A stretch of 63,705 bases of DNA, the filler included, from Octopus bimaculoides (Eukaryota): assembly GCF_001194135.2 (NCBI RefSeq). It is 7 parts of 7 records of this genome, joined end to end, with 100 filler letters (N's around TTAATTAATTAA, not from the genome) between each part and the next. Parts side by side here need not be neighbours in the genome. Positions count along the whole stretch, not along the records: positions 1 to 3,387 come from NC_068982.1; positions 3,488 to 20,865 come from NC_068984.1; 5 more parts are not named here. The stretch is one strand, 5' to 3'. Positions 1 to 12,631 of the stretch are shown here, in pieces (position 1 is the stretch's first letter; the number at the start of each line of letters is the position of its first letter). Under the pieces are notes generated by a model. That model ran no database searches. It saw only the letters and a program-made list of their open reading frames with translations, and was not told where the DNA came from. Position numbers and translations under genes: made by a program.

Positions 1-96
1 ATATATACATATATCCGAATATATATATATATATAAATATATATATACATATATCCGAATATATATATATATATAAATATATATATACATATATCC

Positions 97-120
<24 letters not shown>
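1..120. repeat. 40-bp AT-rich tandem repeat x3
   Basis: atatatacatatatccgaatatatatatatatataaatat. Confidence 0.85.
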
Positions 121-138
<18 letters not shown>

Positions 139-1149
139 ATATGTGTGTTTATTTGTATTTTTGTATTTTCTGCACTAACTCAGTCTTTATAGTTCTCAGA
201 TAAAGTTTTTATAGCTGTCAAATAAAGACAGTACACCAATTATTGAATATTGCACGAGCCAAATATCCAATACATTATGAGGTTGACTTAAGTATAATGC
301 TTAACTAGCCTAAAAGCCGCTCGGGCTTTTAAGCTAATGACCCCAAATGGGAAGATCTGCAAACAGATCTCCGACTTGTGGAGTGTTTAGTGCACATATT
401 CGTCGCGAAAAATCACGTAAAAAATATCGTTGAAAATAATCGCTCTATTCCTCCCCAAATTTGTTTCCAAGTTACAAAAATTGTTATTGCACAAAAAATT
501 TCGTCGCAAAAAATCACGTAACATTCGCAGTAATATAAACTTGGGAATCCCACATTTCATAATTGCATGTCTGGATTCGGCTCGGAATGTTTTTAATTTA
601 CTCACGACGGTGTCGGCCTGATTCCAAAATGGTATAATATGTTGGGCTACGGCCTGTAGGAGTAGAGTTGAGAAAGTGTGACACACTGACATTCGCATTT
701 ATTATATTAGATGTTTCAACCTGTATGTAGTATCCTGATGTGTTAGAAACAGCAGTAAAGTTTTCTGCCTGTTATACTTGAAATATTTTTTTTTTTTTTA
801 AAGAGGACACATCGGTTCATGTAATACACCAACATTATACTTCAAAGTCCTCTATTATGGCTTTTTGTACAACTATTGGGTAACGTATACAAAAAGTGAA
901 AGTACAAAGTGAAAGCATTCGCACACACAACAAAGAGAAAAGAGCGGAGAGAGAGAGACGGAGGAAGTGGTCATGACAATAAAATACAAGAGATTTGAAA
1001 GTAAATTCCGTGTTATTTCTGAAAAAAAAAAAATACCCGAAAAATTAATTAAAATAAGGCGGTGCTTCAGCATAACCACAGTCAAATAACTGAAACAAAT
1101 AAAAGAATAAGGAGAAGAAACCGAAATTATGCCACATACTTGATATTCT

Positions 1150-1700
1150 TTTCTACTCTAGACACAAAACTCGAAAGTTTTGGGGAGGGGGACCAGTCGA
1201 TTAGATCAATCTCATTGCGCAACTGGTACTTAATTTATCGACCCTGAAAGGGTGAAAGCAGAGTCGACCTCGGCGGAATTTGAACTCAGAACGTAATGAG
1301 AAACGAAATACCGTTAAGCATTTCGCCCGACGTGTTAACGTTTCTTATTTCTTTATTGCCCACAAGGGGCTAAACATAGAGGGGACAAACAAGGACAGAC
1401 AAAAGGATTAAGTCGATTACATCGACCCGATTGCGTAACTGGTACTTAATTTATCGACCCCGAAAGGATGATAGCCAAAGTCGACCTTCTACCAGCTCGT
1501 CGCCTTAAAAAAACATACTTGATATTATAGAATATGACCTGTAGAGTCATTAACATCCCGGACAAAATGCTTAGCGGCATTTCTTCCAGTTCTTGATGTT
1601 TGGAGTTCAAATTCCGTTGTGGTGGATTTTGTCTTTCATTCTTGCGGCGAAGATTAAATAAGTACCAGTTGAGCACAGGGGCTGATTTAATCGACTTACT
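1150..1700 (-). mobile_element. Cluster of SINE family A fragments
   Basis: Repeated reverse complements of the 7836-8252 sequence, for example gagtcgacctcggcggaatttgaactcagaacg. Confidence 0.8.
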
Positions 1701-2578
1701 TCTCCCATAAAAATTTGCCAACTTTTGAAACCATTATACAACGTGAAAAGAAACAAGGCAATATACATATATTTAAGGTAGGATTATTGCATTCCGGTAA
1801 TTGCTCAGTTTGGTGAAATTAAGAAAGATCATAAAAATTAAGGTAGTAAAAGAAGCAAAAGGACGAATCAATATTAGAGGAATCATGGACTATCATTCAA
1901 TTAGGAAAAACTGGAGACAACATTCTTCAGTGGTTGGCACGGCATCGACTAATTATGAATATGTACACCTGTGAAAATTGTAATTCACCATGTGGCCTTA
2001 CTATACGTGGTGACTTTACTGCTGGAAAGTTATAGCACTGCAACCGTTGTAAAAAGAGCACATCTGTTCGTTACCGTTCATTTTTTTGAGAGAAGTCATT
2101 ATCTCTCCAGTGTTTATCATGTTGTGTAAGAAGTAAAGTGTAAAAAGTTATTTCTTTTTTAAACTAACCAAACTGAACAATTACATAGCATTCAATTATA
2201 CAAGACAAAGATTCGCAAATATATGTACGTGATTGCTAAACTTACTTTCGAATATGTTCCCAGCAGCATCAACGTCGCAGTTTCTGCTTTGCACATTGCT
2301 TAGAGACTGTGGAATTAAGTGATTCACAACACAGTCCCACATATGAAGGCCTGTTATTGAGGCATATTATCGAAAGCATGTGGACGCATCATAATTTATA
2401 CTGCTCATCTTATAAGATGACAATTCATTGTATAGAATGACTGTTCTAAAAAAATTTTTAAAAATCATACTACGTTGAAGAAATAGTACATTTACTACAT
2501 CTGGTATTTTACGTCCGTCACTTCCGCCTTTTCTATGAATTCTTTAGTGTTCTACTTTCAGGATTTCAACCTGTTAGT

Positions 2579-2867
2579 CAACTGTTTCTCAAACTATCTG
2601 CTGTGGCGTACCGGCAGTTTTTTTCCCAATGTGCCTGGGATCGGTAATATTTCATAGTAATATTAATTTATACTGGAAACAATATATATAATGAATATAA
2701 TAAAAGTTGACAATTTTTTTTAATCCTATTAATTTTGTAAAGAAATAATACAATATTAGATAAGCATTTTATAATGTTTCTTTCTTTTCTGAAAATTCAC
2801 CGCGCACCGGCAGCTGATGGTTCGCAGGCCGGCACCGATCTGCGGACTACCAATTTGAGAAACAATG
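2579..2867. mobile_element. hAT (Charlie-like) MITE, diverged
   Basis: Termini actgtttctcaaa / tttgagaaacaatg resemble CAGTGTTTCTCAAA TIRs. Confidence 0.5.
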
Positions 2868-3248
2868 TTCTGTTTTATTATTCCAGTATGAACAGTGAAG
2901 GTTAAGAAGGTCTTATACACTTACAAATAGTTCCAGTCCGGAGTTGTTTCCCATACATTCACAAACAATCAAACTACTATACTTTTCAGACAATTATTTT
3001 ATTTGAATGTACATTGATAGTCGAAATCTAGGTACATATAGCGGATATTGAAAATGTTTTTATTTTTCATCCCCTTCGAAATTAATCTTAACAGTGGTTT
3101 GGGTTTTGACTGCTCCTTTTAGCATTAAGGTGTCCTGTTAGGGTTACCTCTTTTGTGTATCAATGTACACTAATTGTATATATATATATATATATGTATA
3201 TATATGTATATGTATATATATATGTATAGGTATATATATATGTATAGG

Positions 3249-3279
<31 letters not shown>

Positions 3280-3387
3280 GCATATGTATATATGTAAGTA
3301 TATATATATATATATATGCATATATATATATATATAGGTATATATATGTATATATATGTATGTATATATATGTATATATATATATAT

Positions 3388-3487
3388 NNNNNNNNNNNNN
3401 NNNNNNNNNNNNNNNNNNNNNNNNNNNNNNNTTAATTAATTAANNNNNNNNNNNNNNNNNNNNNNNNNNNNNNNNNNNNNNNNNNNN
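3388..3487. other. Artificial scaffold-joining spacer (also 20866-20965, 43896-43995, 53866-53965, 60106-60205, 62564-62663)
   Basis: Identical 44N + TTAATTAATTAA + 44N cassette six times. TTAATTAATTAA puts a stop codon in all six frames. Confidence 0.95.
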
Positions 3488-3710
3488 GTGTGTGTGTGTG
3501 TGTGTATTTTTCCCTTGTTAACAATTAATACGGAAAAAATAAATTAAAAGTTACCAGGGTAGCAAAAAAATCACACAAGTAAAAAGAGTGTAACTCTTTG
3601 TTTTCGAAGGTAGAAACTCCGGGTTTACGTGGAATATATTGTATAATAAATAAATAAATAAATAAATAAATAAATGGAGTTAAACGCAGGTGTTATTCAA
3701 ATTCTTTTAC

Positions 3711-3782
3711 TTCCGACACATGTTTTGAAGATATCACTGGTATTATTCCAAAGGAATAAAATGGTGTAATCTCTTCAAGGAA
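3711..3782 (-). ncRNA. Degenerate minimal type-I hammerhead ribozyme-like motif downstream of the Penelope ORF
   Basis: The minus strand reads TTCC-TTGAAGA-(stem II region)-AAAA-C-ATGT-G-TC-GGAA. Stem I is TTCC/GGAA with a GUC triplet. Two core changes (C3U, G12A) and a weak stem II base. Confidence 0.45.
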
Positions 3783-4020
3783 ATGAAGAAATGAAACTCG
3801 TCAATACAGAAAATGATGGATATGTATAGTGATTAACTGAACGCTATTAAGTTTGTTTCAAAAAAACGTTAGAGGATATAACGTCAAAGGTAGCCTATAG
3901 AAAGAGGAGGGGTAAAGGAAAGAAAAAAAACCCAAAGAAATGAGTGGTATATAATGATATGTATATTAAATAAAACCCTAAGAAGAAAATTAATGTTTAA
4001 ATTATATATAATGATAGATA

Positions 4021-4290
4021 TCATTTATATGAACTAAAGGTGTGTTTCTGCCAATGTTTACATCGGTATGCACGCTCTATAACCGTGTCTACAAGAAGAT
4101 TTTTAGAAAAAAGAATAAAAAATAGTTCAGAATTACAGAGAAGACAGAATTCCTTGCCTTTATCATAAGGGATCGAAATTGAGGGAATCAACCAATCTAA
4201 ATTAAATTGTTTATTGTTGTCTTTTAGATACCAAATTAATTTACTAAGCCCTGTACTGTTACATTTATTCCTATCCATAAATATTGAATA
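4021..4290 (-). mobile_element. Penelope-like element, C-terminus of GIY-YIG ORF
   Basis: NSTGLSKLIWYLKD..PYDKGKEFCLLCNSELFFIL.SKNLL..AYRCKH..HTFSSYK* resembles the conserved PLE end (STxLSxxIWxLK..CxLC..E..CRH). Confidence 0.75.
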
Positions 4291-4859
4291 ATGATTAGAA
4301 ATTCTTTTAGATAACTGAGAAGTTGAACTGCCTATATTAAAAAAAATACATCGTTACATGAAGTAATTTTACACTGGTATATAGAATTTTTTATTTTAGA
4401 TGTTATCGTATTCCTGGAATAATTCACCATCGAACGTGTAGCTCATGGATTTATGGGGCCATCACCTGCATACAGCCGGTCCGATTCACTATATAACCCA
4501 TGACTGTCCTGCTGTGGCAGACGTCGTTCTTTCTCGATATTTTCGTGGTTGAAACAAACCCCACTCAGTTGTTTCTAGCTCTCTCAGGCATAAAAAGTAC
4601 GGTCTTTTCAATTTTCTTTTTGTCTCGGCTTCCTCAACTGACCTCAATTTTTATAAGGTCTTTAAAAATACAAATTCATCATGACCCCTACTGATCACGT
4701 GTCATCGCTTGTCGATCCTGCTATACTGCGATACGAAAACCAACGTCAACCAGGGATCTACAACATTTTCGAAGACCTGGTTCATTATCCTTGTATTTCT
4801 CTGCTCCATAGACTGGTGTGTAAGTGTAAGCGGCGCTTCATTTAAATGTTCGTTAAATA

Positions 4860-4926
<67 letters not shown>

Positions 4927-4949
4927 GTTGTTGTTGTTGTTGTTGTTGT

Positions 4950-5363
4950 TATCATTGCCTTTGCACAGCTTCTAACGCTGGAGGTGTGCTACAGTGTCAG
5001 CTGTTCACTACCAGTGAACCAAGGTAACATCTCTTATTTTTCGAGCACCTTCCGGAGTATTCGAGCGGTTCCAAGCAGTGCTGTTTTCTGCAAGTGCTCC
5101 ACCCTTATTGCAACCCCTGTTTGTTCCACGTACTTCTGGAGATTTTTGCTCACTCTTCCCAGGGCTCCGACAATTATTGGTACTACTGCTACTACTACCC
5201 TTTTCATCGACCACAACTGCTTAACTTGCCAAGGTAACCTGTCGTATCTCTCGACTTTTCTTTCTTCCTTATCGCATATCTTGTTGTCAGAAGGGCATGC
5301 TATGTCTATGATCCAGCATAGTTTGTTTTCTTTCTCAATTATGACTATGCCCGGCTTCCTATT
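4950..5363 (-). mobile_element. R4/Dong-like RLE non-LTR retrotransposon 3' end
   Basis: IDIACPSDNKICDKEERK..VPIIVGALG..EHLQKTALLGTARILRKVLEK*. Both sides are bounded by (TAA)n tracts. Confidence 0.85.
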
Positions 5364-5364
5364 C

Positions 5365-5426
<62 letters not shown>

Positions 5427-5439
5427 GAAAACTCACAGC

Positions 5440-6330
5440 TGATTTTGCTGGGTATAATGGAAAGTGTCAGCTGTCCACAGCCAGCAGACTAAGGAGACAC
5501 TTGTTTACTGGTCATGCTTCAAGAACCCTGCAGAGAACTCTTGCAGTTCCAAGCAATACTGATTTTTGTAGGTGTTCTACCTTCAAACTTGCGCCAATCT
5601 TTTTCGGCCATGTTGGTAGTTGAGTGCTGATACTTCCAAGAGCACCAATTACTTTTGGTATCACGTCTCTTCTCTTCATTGGCTACAACATTCGTATTTC
5701 CCACTTCAAATCGTCATAGTTATTTATTTTTTCTTCTTTCACATTGATCCTGTTGTTACTGGGGTTTGCTATGTCGATTATTATACATGTTCCTTCTTTT
5801 TTTATTCACCACAACAATGTCCGTTTTCCGATGTCTGGTCGGGTGATCGCACAAGATCATTACACCGCACAAGATTTTGCAGCTCTCATTTTCGGTGACT
5901 CCTTCTGGAGTTTGTTCATACCACGTCTTTACCTTTTGTAGGCCGTGATTTCCACAGAGCTCCCAATGGCTCATTCCTGCCACATTGTCATGGCGTCGTT
6001 TGTACTCACGTTGTGGCAATTTGGGGCATTCGCTAACGATGCGCCATACCGTTTCACTCCTTTCACCACACATTCTGCATTTGTCGCTATCAGTAGTGTT
6101 GTTGTCTAATCTGCACTTCATATAGTTGGTCCTTAAAGCTTGTTCATGAGCTGCACATATGAGTGCTTCTGTCTCTATCTTCAGGTCACTCTTCCTCATC
6201 CATAGCCACCTATCCTCTGTATCTGTCTTCATGTTCACATCCCTTGCAAACTGACTGTACATTTTCTTGTCCTTCCATGCTTTTTCTATTTTTTTTGCAC
6301 ATTTCTTATTTAAATTTTTCATTATCTTCA
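5440..6330 (-). mobile_element. R4/Dong-like RLE non-LTR retrotransposon 3' fragment
   Basis: LKIETEALICAAHEQALRTN..CRMC..ETVWRIVSECPKL..YKRRHDNV (CCHC + RHD), RKTDIVV, LQKSVLLGTARVL. Bounded by (TAA)n/(CAA)n. Confidence 0.88.
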
Positions 6331-6365
6331 TTATTATTATTATTACTATAGCTATTGTTATTGTT

Positions 6366-6410
<45 letters not shown>

Positions 6411-6900
6411 AAAGGTAGTAGTAGTAGAAGGCGGCGTGCTGGCAGAATCCTTTGCACGCCGGGAAAATATCGCGGCATTTCGTCGGTCGTTACGTTCTGA
6501 GTTCAAATTCCGCTGGGGTCGACTTTGCTTTTCGTCTTTTCAGACTTGATGAAATAAGTACCAGTTACGTCATGGGGTCGATGTAATCGACCAGTCCCCC
6601 TACCCCAAAGTTCCAGGCCTTGTGCCTATTGCAGAAAGAGATATCCTTATTATTAGTATCAGTAGTAGAGTTCCCTGAAAGAGCGTAATTTGCTCTTGGG
6701 TTGTGTATTTGTTTTGTGCGCTTCTTCGGGGTCGAACGTAGTTGAGAGTTTGAGATGAGTCTCTGGTGAAAATCTGAAAGCAGGTGAAATAAATGTGGAA
6801 GGGAAATTTTACTCTACCCCCGAGTATTTGCGGGTGCGGGGGACATCTACAATCAGCAGGTGCTCCAAAGAAGTTTCACTTCGTATAGTAATTCTTGAAA

Positions 6901-7015
<115 letters not shown>

Positions 7016-7835
7016 ACACACACACACACGGTCTCTCTCTCTCTCTTGAACACACACACACATACACACACATACACATACACACAAACACGTATATATG
7101 TTCATATTTACTAGCATTTGCACACACATACGCATAAAATAAATAAATACAGATATACATATATACAAATACGCGTGTGCACACCCGTACGCATGCGTGC
7201 ATATGTTAGTGCTACATAGCTTAAAAAGCAAGGGCTTACCGAGGGTTATTTCCGATTACTTAATTTCAATGTAAACAATATATAAACAAAAAAACATCTA
7301 AAAATTTTTTATTGTTTTAAATAATGGAAGATGAAACAAGAATATTTTAAATAGTTTGATATTATTTGCCAAGAAGCCAGGAAAACATCAACGCTGATTT
7401 AGCAAAACGGAAAAATTTCAATTTTATCATTCGATATGATCATCAGAGACAAACGATCGATAAGTGTATTCTTTTATTCTTTTATTTGTTCCAGTCATTT
7501 TGACTGCGGTCATGCTGGAGCACTGCCTTTTAAGTCGAGAAAATTGACCCCTGAGCTTATTCTTTGTGAGCCCGGTACTTATTCTATTGGTCTCTTTCGC
7601 CGAACCGCTAAATTACGGGGACGTAAACACACCAAAATCGGTTGTGAAGCGATGGTGGGAGGACAAACAAACACACACACGCACAAATCCACTCTCAAGG
7701 TTTTGGTCAGCCCGAGGCTATAGTAGAAGACACTTGCGCAAGGTGCCACGCAGTGGGACTGAACCCAGAACCATGTGGTTGGTAACTAAGCTACTTTCCA
7801 CACACAGTCACTCCTACGCCTATGTATGTTTATAG

Positions 7836-8252
7836 GGCGGCGAACTGGCAGAATCGTTAGCACGCCGGACGAAATGCTTAACGGTATTTCGTCTGCCACT
7901 GCGTTCTGAGTTCAAATTCCGCCGAGGTCGACTTTGCCTTTCATCCTTTCGGGGTCGATAAATTAAGTACCAGTTACGCACTGGGGTCGATATAATCGAC
8001 TTAATCCGTTTGTCTGTCCTTGTTTGTCCCCTCTGTGTGTAGCCCCTTGTGGGCAGTAAAGAAATAGGTATTTCGTCTGCCGTTACGTTCTGAGTTCAAA
8101 TTCCGTCGAGGTCGACTTTACCTTTCATCCTTTCGGGGGTCGATTAAATAAGTACCAGTTACGCATCGGGGTTGGTGTAATCGACTTAATCCCTTTGTTC
8201 ATCCTTGTTTGTCATCTCTGTGTGTAGTCCCCTGTGGGCAATAAAAAAATAA
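7836..8252 (+). mobile_element. SINE family A, tandem full + partial copy
   Basis: ggcggcgaactggcagaatcgttag (A box) ... gagttcaaattccgccgaggtcgac (B box) ... gtgggcagtaaagaaata. The same family recurs at 1150-1700(-), 6431-6645(+), 25520-25618(-) and 53970-54035(+). Confidence 0.85.
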
Positions 8253-8696
8253 ATATGTTTGTTTATATTTCTTAATCATTTGCCGTGATGTAAATAGAAA
8301 ACGTTACAGTTTAACTTTAGAGAAACCATCACGAACAATTTGTGGTCCTATTGATACTGGCGATAAGTGGATTAAGCTAATTTATAATTTTTCTTTTTTT
8401 TTTTTGTTAAACTAGTAGAACTTTGCTTTCTTTTTGTAAATAATTAGAGCCATAAGTACTTAAATAAGCAGAAATACTTAACATATGATATATAGCATAG
8501 TTTTGTTTTTTTAATTAAGTATAATCAGAGCAAACATCGAAATACATACATGCAGACTGTAAAGTCGCAGTCTGCCTGATCTTTACAATAAATTCGAATC
8601 TCCTCTTGGCATCGAGTCAACTCATCAGTCAATACTCAATCGTTATTCTTAAAAGTGCTTTGAAATAATAGCAGACACACACACGCGTGTGTGTGA

Positions 8697-8743
<47 letters not shown>

Positions 8744-8833
8744 NNNNNNNNNNNNNNNNNNNNNNNNNNNNNNNNNNNNNNNNNNNNNNNNNNNNNNNNN
8801 NNNNNNNNNNNNNNNNNNNNNNNNNNNNNNNNN

Positions 8834-8998
8834 TAGCCCCAGGAGGACATCTCCTCCAGCTGGCTTATCGACACACTTCTGTGTCCTGACACAGGACACA
8901 GAAGTGTGTCGATAAGCCAGCTGGAGGAGATGTCCTCCTGGGGCTAAAAGCAACAGTAACATCCACCCCTAGGGGTCAGCCACATTTAAGTGGCAATA
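8834..8998. repeat. Perfect 55-bp-arm hairpin (3-nt loop), same foldback family as 21570-21840
   Basis: 8834-8888 is the exact reverse complement of 8892-8946. The continuation ggggctaaa..aacagta.cat..gccacatt.aa.tggcaa matches the right arm at ~21770-21832. The left side is cut by an N gap. Confidence 0.8.
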
Positions 8999-9099
8999 TA
9001 CTTCACTTTATCGTGCAGTTACTGTTAATACCTCGTTTAGAGAATTAACATTGCTTATATATATATATATTTGGTGTACAATGCAAACAAAAATTGCTG

Positions 9100-9730
9100 T
9101 GTTCCGTGCATGAGTACTGACATCGCTCCTTTACTTATGTGAGACATGGACCCTTTTCAAACGATATTTAAAGGTCCTTGAACGCTTTCATCAGAGATGT
9201 CTGAGACACATTCTAATTGTTGGCTGGAGCTTAAAAACTATAGACATAAATGTCGTGAGGCGATGTTACACAAGCACCGGTTACGTTGGACCGGACACCT
9301 TATTAGAAGAAAGGATAGTAGGATCCCTTAGCAGATGCTTTATGAGGAACTTATGAATGGAAAGATACCCCGGCAAAAACCAAGTCTGCGATTTAAAGAT
9401 TGTGTCAAGTCTTCATTAAAGGCCTGTGATATGCAGGAGACTGACTAGGAGAGCAATACCTATTATCGACAATGATGGTGAAAGCAGGTTAAGGAGGGGG
9501 TCGTCACCTTTGAGAGAACACGTATTCTGCGAGAAGAATTTAAGCGCACGGCTGGTGTAGTGAATGGGGAGAGCTTGGTTTGCAATGCTTGCAGTCGTGT
9601 ATGCTTGCCAAGAGCAGGGCTCATTAGCCACCAACGGAGCCGCAAATGCAAAATATAAGTTAGTCCTAGAGCGCACAATGTTCCAGAAGGTCAACAATGG
9701 TCTTCCTCGGTCACGAGTGGACGGCCATCA
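9100..9730 (+). mobile_element. RTE-clade LINE 3' fragment
   Basis: LKRFHQRCLRHIL..HRLRWTGHL..RIP..KPSLRFKDCVKSSLK..CNACSRVCLPRAGLISHQRS, with stops and frameshifts. Confidence 0.8.
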
Positions 9731-9732
9731 TG

Positions 9733-9775
<43 letters not shown>

Positions 9776-11677
9776 NNNNNNNNNNNNNNNNNNNNNNNNN
9801 NNNNNNNNNNNNNNNNNNNNNNNNNNNNNNNNNNNNNNNNNNNNNNNNNNNNNNNNNNNNNNNNNNNNNNNNNNNNNNNNNNNNNNNNNNNNNNNNNNNN
9901 NNNNNNNNNNNNNNNNNNNNNNNNNNNNNNNNNNNNNNNNNNNNNNNNNNNNNNNNNNNNNNNNNNNNNNNNNNNNNNNNNNNNNNNNNNNNNNNNNNNN
10001 NNNNNNNNNNNNNNNNNNNNNNNNNNNNNNNNNNNNNNNNNNNNNNNNNNNNNNNNNNNNNNNNNNNNNNNNNNNNNNNNNNNNNNNNNNNNNNNNNNNN
10101 NNNNNNNNNNNNNNNNNNNNNNNNNNNNNNNNNNNNNNNNNNNNNNNNNNNNNNNNNNNNNNNNNNNNNNNNNNNNNNNNNNNNNNNNNNNNNNNNNNNN
10201 NNNNNNNNNNNNNNNNNNNNNNNNNNNNNNNNNNNNNNNNNNNNNNNNNNNNNNNNNNNNNNNNNNNNNNNNNNNNNNNNNNNNNNNNNNNNNNNNNNNN
10301 NNNNNNNNNNNNNNNNNNNNNNNNNNNNNNNNNNNNNNNNNNNNNNNNNNNNNNNNNNNNNNNNNNNNNNNNNNNNNNNNNNNNNNNNNNNNNNNNNNNN
10401 NNNNNNNNNNNNNNNNNNNNNNNNNNNNNNNNNNNNNNNNNNNNNNNNNNNNNNNNNNNNNNNNNNNNNNNNNNNNNNNNNNNNNNNNNNNNNNNNTATA
10501 TATGCATATACAGACACATATATATCTGTATGAGCGTCAGTGTTTGGCCCCACTTCGCCGTTTGAGAGCCGGTACTCGTGTGTTTGCGTCTCTGTAACTT
10601 AGCAGTTCGGTAAGAGATTCTGATAAAATAAGTAACAGGCTCCAAAAAAAGTACTGGAGTCGATTTATTCAACCCCACCATTCGTCTAAAATCTCCTCAA
10701 GGCAGTGCCTCATCATGGCCGCTGTCTAATGACTGAAACAAGTAAAAGATTAAAAAAGTAAAGATAAACCTCTGTCTTCTCTGTGTGGTACGTTGCAGTC
10801 GGATGTCCTCGTCCGAAGACTGGCTTTCTGCATTAGTTGATACTATTTTGCTTTATACTCGACGATATTCAATGGTTGTGAGGAAACTCAGTGGTGTACT
10901 CCCGGTTCCAATTCAGTTTTAAAATGGCGTCTGTGAAGATTACCGATGTAAAATTCAATGCGACTGACTCCCTCATGGGAGATTTGCTGAATATTGTAAC
11001 TGTTCGATTTGTAAGGGTATCAGCTTCACCCTCGCTGGCAATGGGGGTTGCGGTCCCAGCGTCTCTGTAGGGACCGAAGTCGTTGCCCCTGAAAGATATC
11101 TGCGGTTTCCATATTTTCGTCCCACTCAGACTCCCTGTTGTTACACCAAAATTGTTCCTTCGTTATTTTGACATTCATTTTTGACAGAAAGAAGATATCC
11201 CTTGTCAGGTGTAATGATTTGAAGGCCGCTTATGATGATGATGGCGAGGATGCTTATTGGTGGTGGTGGCGAGGGTAAGGGAGATGGTGGCTGTAGTGAT
11301 AATGATGGCGATGTTAGTGGTGGTGGTGGTGTTGATGATAGTGATGATGANNNNNNNNNNNNNNNNNNNNNNNNNNNNNNNNNNNNNNNNNNNNNNNNNN
11401 NNNNNNNNNNNNNNNNNNNNNNNNNNNNNNNNNNNNNNNNNNNNNNNNNNNNNNNNNNNNNNNNNNNNNNNNNNNNNNNNNNNNNNNNNNNNNNNNNNNN
11501 NNNNNNNNNNNNNNNNNNNNNNNNNNNNNNNNNNNNNNNNNNNNNNNNNNNNNNNNNNNNNNNNNNNNNNNNNNNNNNNNNNNNNNNNNNNNNNNNNNNN
11601 NNNNNNNNNNNNNNATCATCATCATCAACTTCACAACCACCGCCTCTGCCGCCACCGCTGCCACCACAGTTGCCGCC

Positions 11678-11708
<31 letters not shown>

Positions 11709-12087
11709 GCAGCAGCAGCAGCAACAACAACAACATCATGTGTAACAACAAATAACCCTAAAACTAAAAACTTAAATAAAATCTAACAAAAGATTAAATG
11801 AAGTTGACTGGTGTCGTGGAGGGGGGATATAGTGATATATTGTGAGAATGGCAGGGGGTGGGAGAGAGAGAGAGAGATGGAGAGAGAGAGAGATGGTAGA
11901 GCAGAAGGGTGGAGAGTGAAACTAGAGGAGAGACAATGAAAGACAGCAATGGAGAGAGAGAGAGAGAGAGAAAGAAGGCGAGAAGGTGAAAAAGAGAGAT
12001 AAAAAGAGGTGCAGGGAGAGGGAAAACATGGGTTGGAGAGAGAGAGAGAGAGGCAAAGTGAGTAGTGAAGGGTTAGGGTTAGGGTTT

Positions 12088-12119
<32 letters not shown>

Positions 12120-12623
12120 CAGACCGACAGATAGACAGAGAGACAGAGAGAGACAGAGAGAGAAAGTGTGTGTGTGGAAAGGAGGGAGAGAAATAGTGAT
12201 GCATGCAACCAAGCTGAGAGAGAGAGAGAGAGATAGAAAGAGGAAGAGAGAGAGAGAGAGAGATAGAAAGAGGAAGAGAGAGAGAGAGAGAGTGTGTGTG
12301 AAGGGAGTTATGCAGTAGCAGTGATGGTGAAGGTAAGGGGAGGAGAGGGGGTGGAGCGCGGGAGCAGGGGTGGGTGGGGCTGGAGAGTAATTCCAGCAGC
12401 TGAGTCGGAATTTCACTTGTGGAAGATGTTTCAACAGTTTTGAAGAGGAAGAGGGAGAAGAAGAAGAAGAAGAAGAAGAAGAAGACGGAGAAGCGGGAGC
12501 GGAGGAATAGAACTGGCGCAGGACAGAGAGAGGGAGAGAGAGGGAGGGAGAGAGAGAAGCAGTGTGTGTTGGAAGTAGGAAAAAAAAAAGGGCTGCTAGG
12601 AGAAGGCTGCTGCATATCAATGG

Positions 12624-12631
12624 TGACGTCA
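12624..12631. promoter_or_regulatory. Perfect CRE palindrome TGACGTCA in a GC-richer, promoter-like segment
   Basis: Exact motif between a long GA-rich tract and a CAG/CAA/GGC triplet-rich stretch. A single 8-mer can occur by chance. Confidence 0.3.

Noticed and set aside
387-698. 103-aa minus-strand ORF with a short internal duplication
   Set aside because: No recognisable family motif; probably a decayed transposon fragment.
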